A stretch of 32,798 bases of DNA, from contig JAPETS010000083.1 of assembly GCA_026023565.1 (NCBI GenBank), forward strand, positions 1 to 32,798, in the 5' to 3' direction. Below are positions 24,600 to 32,798 of this stretch, in pieces. Below the pieces are notes generated by a model. The model saw only the letters and a program-made list of their open reading frames with translations, was not told the DNA's origin and ran no database searches. Each line of letters begins with the position of its first letter. The stretch's first letter is position 1. A program made the translations under genes and the position numbers. Source of the DNA: Cirrosporium novae-zelandiae. Its lineage: Eukaryota.

Positions 24600-24955
24600 C
24601 CTCGCCGATATCGTCGGATACTGCACCTGTCGGATATTGTACATGAACTAACCTAACCTACTTTGTATTCACAACCACTTAGCCTATGAAAGGAGAGTCA
24701 TTAAATCCAAGTCATCCTACTCTACCATGGACATCTTCACAGAGCTTGCCGATAATGCGGATAATAACTGGTATTCATCACAATCACTTGATATTATGTG
24801 ATGATAAAAGTTTGCGCATTGCAACCTCCCCCACTTTCTAGATATGTACCTCTCGAGGAAAGCTTTCCTTTAAAAGACTGATCATGTCGGATTTCATGAT
24901 GGAATATCTTTCGTCATTGATCACTTTACAATCAAATCCTATATCTTGAGATACA
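24600..24955 (+). promoter_or_regulatory. Putative promoter of the nitroalkane oxidase gene with repeated CCGATA/CGGATA motifs
   Basis: CCGATAtcgtCGGATA at 24605-24620, CGGATA at 24631, CCGATAatgCGGATAA at 24749-24764, TGATAA at 24802. Confidence 0.45.
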
Positions 24956-26363
24956 ATGATTGATTTTACTCTCACAGAAGAACAGCACAAACTCCAAAGT
25001 GCAGCACATGAATTTGCGCACAATGTCCTTTCAGGTGCCCGAGCTACCTACTCGCAATACTCGAATCAATTCCAACGCTTTGCTGTGACTCGTCCCATCT
25101 ACAAGAAAGCCGTCCTTGCTGGCATAATTAAGGCACAGGTGCCGGAGGAACTTGGTGGTGCAAGTGGAGACTTGGTTGATTCAGCAATCTTGATTGAGGA
25201 ACTTTATGCTGTCGATCCAGGTGCATCTGTGACCATCTTAGGAACCTGCTTAGGTTTGATGCCTTTGATATTTGGTGGTAGCAAAGAACAGCACGACAAA
25301 CTATTGAAACCATTCTTGGGTGAGAAGGATGAACCCTTGGCGAGTCTTGTGCATTCGGAACCTGGTGGAACAGCAAATTGGCTGGAGAAGGGGGGAAAGG
25401 GATTGCAAACTACAGCAAGAAAAGATGGTGACGACTGGATAATCAATGGTGAAAAGCTTTGGACCACAAATAGTTCAGGATGGGACAAGCTTGGAGCAAA
25501 TCTGCAATGTGTCGTTTGCCGCTTCTCACCGGATGGAGGTCCTCAGGATCCAGATGCAGAACCTCGTGATAATATTGTTATTCTTCTTGTCACCCGTGAA
25601 GTTGTTGCAAAGAACCCGCGAGATGCATATCAAGTTTTTGATGAACTTGAATTGGCTGGCCACAATGCATCCTCTAGCCCACATACAAAATTCGTTGAAT
25701 TCCGGGTTCCTGCTGCAAACTGCTTGGCCGGCCCAAAAGGAAATGGCGCTTCTTTGGTAGAGCAATCATTTGGCACGTCAGCGGCTCTTGTTGGCGCTAT
25801 GGCTGTTGGAGTGATGAGGACCACATTCGAGGCAGCACTTGATTTCACCAAAAATAATACAAGAGGTGGCTCGATTCCTATCTTAGCACGACAAAGCGTA
25901 GCGGACATAATGATCAATATCAAGATGAAAACAGAATCTTCAAGATATTTGACTTGGAAAGCGCTCCATTGTTTGCAAAATGGACCTGGAGAATTCAAGG
26001 ACAGGCTTGAGTTAGCGTTAGAGGCAAAGATCTTTTGTTCGGATGTGGCAGTAGAATGTGTGGTTGATGCCATGAAAGCAGTTGGGATGTATGTATACCT
26101 ATTTTTGCTGATTAATTTTTTATTCGCTCGGATGTTAGATGTCTTTCCTTGTAGGAAATTCTAACGTAGTATACAGGTCTTCATACTCCAAAGATCGGCC
26201 ATTCCAGCAACTCCTTAATGATGCAATCTGCCTTCCAATCTTCGATGGTGGCAACATTGGCATTCGAAGACGACAACTTGAGAAGCTATTTCTTGCCGAG
26301 GACTATAAGCCATGGGAAACATCGTATGGTTTATCGCAGGCTGCTAGCTCATCATTACATTAA
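24956..26363 (+). CDS. Nitroalkane oxidase (acyl-CoA dehydrogenase superfamily flavoenzyme), 2 exons
   Basis: Intron 26089-26176 (GTATGT..CTAAC..CAG). Colinear with Fusarium oxysporum NAO as I recall it: EPLASLVHSEPGGTANWL.KGG.GLQTTARK, SAALVGAMA, DVAVECVVDAMKAVGM, and LPIFDGGNIGIRRRQ with the NAO catalytic Asp and Arg in place of the ACAD Glu. Confidence 0.92.
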
Positions 26364-26599
26364 GGGCTTCCAGATGATAATCGCGACTTCTAGAGCGCAA
26401 TTTTATTCACAATTATTAGGACCATATGAAAAAAATGAAATTAGGATAGAGACCTCTATTACAACATTATAAGAAATATAAGCTCCCTCAGCCAACCCTC
26501 AATACACCTTTCATCCATCCCATGAACATCCATGCACCTCACCCATCATATTGCAATCGAATCGAACAGACATGATCCTTACCCCTATGTCTATATTCT

Positions 26600-29340
26600 C
26601 TCTCTTCCCCTTCCCACAAACTTATCCATCTGCCCCACAAAAATAAAGTCCAGGCATGTTCATCATGAGCCTTATTAATTATGATGAACAAGGCCTTTCC
26701 GAATCATCGAAATATATCCGCGGGCTTTACTTTTACCCTGCATCCATCTTTTAGCTAACGATCGTGTCCCTGCATCGAGGATCAACATCCCAGAACACTA
26801 CCACAGTGCATAAGCTTATGTTCTAGGGTTGTGTTATCAATAGTCGGTTCTACCCGTTCAAACACGAAATGGTGTCTAAAATGGACCCCTTGATGAGAGA
26901 AAAAAGTACAGCCAACCTCCTCCAATATAAGATCCTGTAACAATCGTACCAAGAACTCGCCTAGCCTTGTACTACCAGGGTATTCCTAAATCTGAAAGCA
27001 CACATTTTTGAGACTTGGACAAAATTGAATTCCTGCTCCTGTCTGCCACCTCTACTAAAGCTTTCATACATTCCTAATATGCAAGGGGCCGAGAACTCTA
27101 CTGTTCCTATCTAGATACGGACAACACCACCCTCAGTTAAAGATGGAGGTAAGCGATGAACAAGTCTGCCTTTATGTTTGTAAACTATCAAGCAAATTTA
27201 CAAGTCATGGTCCCAGTCAGGTACGATATGCACGGAATAGTCATCTTTGCCACGTCTGAGGTCAGAGTGGGATACATCCAACAGACTTATATGATTGCGA
27301 TCAATTTTTATCGTTTCCGAAGGCGCAGGGAAACCGTCGATCACCACCTCTAGAGATGTACTGGGAAAGCAGCTCGTGAGAATATCCAGCAGGTAAAATA
27401 TTCCTGCTGCTTCCATGGTAGAGATAGACCCAAACAAGTCCAAGTTAATAGGGAGAGTTTCGCAAAAATCTCGATAGCATCAACAACAAGCCATTTCACT
27501 ATCTCCAGTTCCACACCGACGAACATGTACGCTATAGTAGCCAATAGCCGGGATCAGCTGATTGTCAACGAGTCTTTACCTGAAATACCCTCATCTTTTG
27601 GCAGAATTATTACCTATTTAAGAAACATGACGTCCGAATAGGCCCAGGAGCCAAAAGCCTCCGCATTCATTAGACAAGAAACCTCAACCAGTGGTAATAA
27701 CAGCTGATAATAAAATCCCATAAGAAAGGCTTGAGGTTAGGTCAATGCAACATTCCAAATGTGATGCTCGAGCCCAAAATAGTATCCACATCGAGATATC
27801 TTTTTATGAACGAACTAAAGCTTATGCGGTCATCGTCGCTCCAAACAGAAATCACAATTCTAAGCTTTTTGCAGTAGCATACGTATGCTTGGGAATGAGG
27901 ATTGCGGGGACACGATTCTCCAGACTTTCCAATCCCTCTTTTGTGGTTCAGTTTTCAGACGATAGAAGGAATTTCTGTGAAACTATACATATATTAGCGT
28001 AGCGTGTGTAGTCCTCCTCAGCTGCATTCTTATCATCTTTTAAATCTTCAAATACTCTTTAGAGCTGATTATTGTGTTATTGATCGACAGACTAGATGGA
28101 GACACATTCCTGCATAAATCTCAGGGGAACTCGCATTCAATATGGGTATGGAGACTAATGATCATAATAACCATAATCCTCAAATATATAACGAAAGCAG
28201 ATGAATCACTCTCATTCTCTATCTCGTAATATCCGCTGGATTCAAGCTGCTGGATGTCAGACTAGGGTCGAATATACCAAGAGACAGTGCTTCATCTACC
28301 CCGTCGGCGGGGTGGGAAGTGATGAAGATTCCCACATCAATTGCTTGCAGAACGACTACAATCCAAAATATGTCAGAAGGTGCCGTTTGGAAGGCTTGCT
28401 ATTCTCCACTACTCATCCAGAGGAGAAGCTAGAGGGACTTGCGACCGTCTGATGAAGGCATCTAACTCGGCCAATACTTGCCTTCTCGACCTAGACTTCC
28501 CATTTCTCTCATGCCTTGAGAGAATTCCACGAATGCATGCTGCTGACCTTCATCCTTCAACATTTTAGCAAACTTCACGTTGAAGACTCAGTCCTGATAG
28601 GGCTATGTTGAAAGAGCGTTGTTAGAAAGCCTGAAACGAGCTCTTGTAGGTACCGCAAGCTTACTGCTGGCCCAAGGGAACTGACTACCTAAATCAACAA
28701 CCAGGTAATCTATCCATATTTTCAACGACCGTCCTGTGATAACCTGACAGACGTTCGATTGGAACCGGGCTTTTATCCTTTAGTGAAGTCAGTTTTCGAT
28801 CCTATCGCTGATGTAGAGCTATTACGTCATTGAGGTCTCTCCTGGTAAGCATAATATTGATGTCGATAGCTAGGAAGTTAATCAAAGAGCGGTCTTTAAC
28901 CTGTGCCACGGTCCTGTCACTAGCTGCTCTTCTGCTTTGGGCGTGAGGCGATAGCAGAGAGGTACAATGATTTGAAATTCATTTCCAATTTTCTAATCGA
29001 GGAAGTTTGAGGCAAATATGGAGAGATAAGGTAATACAGCCCCTCCGCAAAGCAAGCGTTGCCCAAAAGGCTGTCTCACAAAGGTAACACAAAAATGTCC
29101 AGCTAACATGGTGCATCCTAGATGGCTAGAAAATCTCTACTTCAACGCCACCAGAGCCAGGCAACAGGAATTAATAATATTCATTACTTGAACCTCCGAC
29201 AAGGAAAGGACCGTTGCAGTGCTAAAAGTCATTGACTGGTGATTCACGAGTAAACCAGCACAGCTAACCATCTGACATCGCCTTGTGTAACACACACCTG
29301 CATATCTTCGTTGTTCGCTGATTCCAATTATCAATCAATA
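26600..29340. pseudogene. Possible decayed gene relic(s); no intact ORF
   Basis: About 2.7 kb of high-complexity, coding-like sequence with + strand intron-like segments (GTAAGC near 27149; GTAATC..CTGACAG at 28705-28750), but stops in all frames. No family recognised. Confidence 0.25.
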
Positions 29341-30229
29341 CTCCCAAGAAGGGCAGTGTGCTGCTTCTTTCTGCGGTGCTCAAGTAGAGCCCACCTCAAT
29401 ACTACTATAATATCATCTCATGATAAAAAAAAACCTGCTTCTGGACGACGTTCACATGGTGTTTATATATCTAATGTGTATAGCTAGCTATAACTATGTG
29501 CGAACCAACAATACTAATTACCCATCACTGTTGAAGTTTACCAATCACCTAAACCCCACGACACCACACCCAATCGGAACCACTACTGTATAATTCAGTA
29601 TATAACGACCTAGGTAGCTAGGCTAGCTAACTAGTACCTATTTAGATAATCCTCCCCTCCTCCGACATACCTACCTACCCACCTCACCACCGCCCGCAAA
29701 CAGCACATCTTGCCGCTTCGTCCACCGTACGACCTCGAGACCCTCAAGACTCTTAAGAACCTCAACACACATACTGACACAACTCCTCCATCTTAATAAA
29801 AAGATAGTTTAGTCTATCTAATCTAATCATTAAAATAATTAACAATATCTAAATCTAACCTAAAATAAAAAGGGCATGATTAACTTAAGCTTACTTATAG
29901 TAATATGACGAAGATGATGATGATAGGGGGGGTGGGGAGTGGGGGCGGGGGGGAAAAGACGAGGAAAGGAAAGGAAAAAGGAGCCGACGGATCAAGGCCA
30001 AGCTCAACTCCTTTAATTGATTGAATCGATTACATCCCCCCAATTATGCCAATAATGAGGGAATTAATTCCTTTCTAAATCAATAGTTAATTGGCCTTGG
30101 TTTGATTGAAATAATCCCTTTGGTTAGCTATTTCTTGTTTGCTTATTTCTGGGTTTGAGTTGAATTGTTGTGACTACATGATTACATGTCTTCGACAGCA
30201 ATCGAATCAATCAATCGAATCAACCTACC

Positions 30230-31291
30230 ATGTCCGTCTTCAAACATCATGGATCCCTTCCTTGGCCCCGCTCCCAGTCGTGTCCTCACGATACATTTGC
30301 TCCATTTCCTCCAGCAGGACCAGCCGCAGCAGCAACAACAGTAACTGAAGAAATGGATACAAAGTTCTCAGAACCTAAGCTCCCATCTGACAGTAAAAAT
30401 AACAATGACAACAACAATACCGAACCCGCAACCAAATACCTAGAACAATCTTTATTCACAAAAAGCCAGAAAATTTCAGGTCAGAAAAACGAAATCCGTA
30501 ACCTGAGGAGTCAAAATGATCATCTGAAATATGAAAACGGAGACCTGAAAAATCAAAAGGAATACCTGAGAAAGGAAAACGACAACCTAATGAAGAGAAA
30601 TGGATACCTGAGAAAGGGAAAAGGCGACCTGAAAAAGGAAATTCAAGACCTGAGGGCTAAGCTTGATAAGGCGGAGCAGGAAGTTGGTTCGTTTTTTTAT
30701 TCGTTTTTTTTTTGGAATTGGAATTAGAATACTGAGATTCAAATTTTTTATGCTACAGGTCGCCTTGTGCTTGCCAATTTAGCGTTGGATAATAGGAATA
30801 ATAACATGGTGGGAACTCAAAAGAGAAGGTGGGAAGAGAGTGAGGATGAGGGGAGTGAAGAAGAGGGAGAACAAGCAGAAGAAGCAGAAGAAGTGAAACG
30901 GTCTAGTCTTACGAAGAAGACGACGACAACGAACTTGCCGATTCAGAAAAAGAAGGGACCATCCCCAAGCCATCCCAAAGCTAGCGCGAAAAGGTTGAAG
31001 CCGAGTTGGTCAGCCATGCAGGAATCGAGAAGGGCAAGCGAGAGGACTGCTGCTGCTGCTGCGGGGCTGGCGGCGAAGGCTCGAGGTTGTGTGCCCGAGA
31101 AAAACAATAATGATAATAATAATGGGGTGACCCAGAAAGAGGAACCTGCTAAGATTATAGACTTGACTGGTGAAGTTACGGGGACTCAGGAAACCGCTCC
31201 CGATCCCGACCCCGATCCTCCGGGTGATGATCAACTCGAGGGAGTCAAATCAGGAGTTGAAGCGGTGTCCGTGCCAGAAACCAATATATAG
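30230..31291 (+). CDS. Hypothetical coiled-coil (leucine heptad repeat) protein, probably nuclear, 2 exons, about 329 aa
   Basis: Intron 30687-30758 (GTTCGT..CTGAG..CAG) fuses ORFs 30230-30727 and 30767-31291 in frame. Leu every 7 residues, an acidic tract, basic clusters (KRRW, QKKK, AKRLK) and KIIDLT. Confidence 0.7.
30488..30655 (+). repeat. Degenerate 21-nt tandem repeat x8 encoding leucine heptads
   Basis: Units such as TATGAAAACGGAGACCTGAAA, AATCAAAAGGAATACCTGAGA and AAGGGAAAAGGCGACCTGAAA. Confidence 0.8.
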
Positions 31292-32671
31292 ATCCTCCTC
31301 ACATGTCCTTAATGTCCTAAGAAGGAATATATATAGCTTTATAGAGCTTGGGTTTTTTTTATTTAAGAGACTTATAATTCACAAGAGATCTAAGAAGCAA
31401 AATTTGGCACTTGAGAAGATCTATCTTGTTGAAAGGATATATATTCCCCAAACCAGATTATTCTCGAAAATTTTTTAATCCAGTCGCTCACTCGGTATCA
31501 ACACCCATCCCCATCAACCTGAAATACACAACTCATCCATCCTGTCTCTACGCCAACTTCCCCAACAATACAATACAATTAATCCCAATCCCAATCCCAA
31601 CCCCAATCCTCCAATTCCTCACCCCTACCCTTACCCATACCCTTCAACCTCTTCCACTCCATCCACATCCACATCCCCATACCAAAACCCCACCAAAACC
31701 CCACTACCCCCTAATAAAAAATAAAAAAAATCCATCTAAAAATTCCCCAACCACCAATCACCAACCCCCCTTATTCAAATAACCATCCATGCATTCCATC
31801 CTTAAACTCAAAAACTCAAGAACTCAAGATTCACTGAATCCCTCCCCACCCGTTTCGCTCGCTGTTTGTTGTAGAGTTGCTTCCAGATATGTGCGTGTGT
31901 GAGATGTGATATGTCAAGGTTCTAGAGGTAGAGAGAGGTAGAGAGGTAGAAAGGTATAGGGGATCAAAGCTTTAATTTTTTTTTTTTTTATTTAGATTTG
32001 GGTTTAGGGCGTGTTGATGGTGGATGGGGAAGGAATGTGGAAGGAAGTGTTGGGTTGTGTTGGGTCTAGAGAGAGAGAGTGGGGGTAGGGAGTAGAGAGT
32101 AGGGAACGAAGTGAAGAGAAGAGAAGAGAAAGGAAGTGAGAACATGGATATGGACATGAATCCAGTGATAATAATTTCGAGGAGTTCCAGTTCTAGAGGG
32201 AACGATCGTATCCCAAACACCAAACAAATAGTTCTTGGTATAAAAATGAAAAAAAAAAATCAATAACCTATCCATCTATCCATCTAGATTTTTTTTTTTT
32301 TTTTACTTTGCTTGCTTGTTTGTTTACTCTTTCTTCTCGTGGGATGATTCATTTTTTGGGAGGGGGGGATGGAAATTTAGATGTTGTTTTTGTTGGGTTT
32401 GGGATGTAGGGGTTGGAGGAAGGAAGGAAGGAAGTGAGATGAGATGAGATGATTGTGGGAGGAGGGTTGAGGTTGGTTAAATTTATACTATGCGGCCAAC
32501 AAGGGAAGGGAATGGACCAGGCCGAGTAGATCAAAGGCCCTCAGTCTGGTCCATTTCCTTTCCTGTGGCCAATAAAGAAAGTTAGATAGGTAGGTAGGTA
32601 GCCATCACACCTCTCAGATGGATCCCAACAGAACACAACTCCTCTCGCAGTTGTTATCTTTATTAAGAGTG
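31292..32671. repeat. Low-complexity, strand-skewed intergenic tract
   Basis: C/A-rich then G/A-rich segments, with (ATCCCA)n, (AGAGGT)n, (GGTA)n and poly-T/A runs. Confidence 0.75.
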
Positions 32672-32798
32672 TTTTTTTTTTTACAATGATAGCACTAGTG
32701 ACTCATAGCCTAAGAAATAAATTTCTTCAATTTATTAACCAAATTCCTATAGTGATTTATTATAGAATTGTGTCTGATATAGTAGTGGTACCTATATT
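32672..32798. repeat. Terminal direct repeat, copy 2 (identical to 1-127)
   Basis: Exact 127-bp match to the start of the window. Confidence 0.97.

Overview
Eukaryotic (filamentous ascomycete, Pezizomycotina-type) nuclear DNA with short GT-AG introns and CTRAY-type branch points. I reconstructed ten intact genes by hand. In order they encode: a secreted CAP/PR-1 protein; two divergent pairs (an HSL-family alpha/beta hydrolase with an isochorismatase-family amidohydrolase, and a DHA1 MFS transporter with an NCS1 Fcy2-like permease); a DUF726/TMCO4 protein; an MCT-type MFS transporter divergent from a radical-SAM lysine 2,3-aminomutase (KamA-like, with a mitochondrial-presequence-like N-terminus); a nitroalkane oxidase; and an orphan heptad-repeat protein. 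Gene blocks are separated by homopolymer/microsatellite-rich tracts and by stretches with splice signals but no long ORF. Bases 1-127 recur exactly at 32672-32798, the signature of an assembly-graph loop, so the 32,671-bp unit may be a circle or a tandem amplicon. No transposase, recombinase, rRNA or functional tRNA was found. The most notable candidates are the transporter + aminomutase + nitroalkane oxidase trio, the four-gene amide/N-heterocycle catabolism module, and the possible circularity of a unit rich in nitrogen-scavenging genes. All family assignments are from motif recognition and recall, not database searches.
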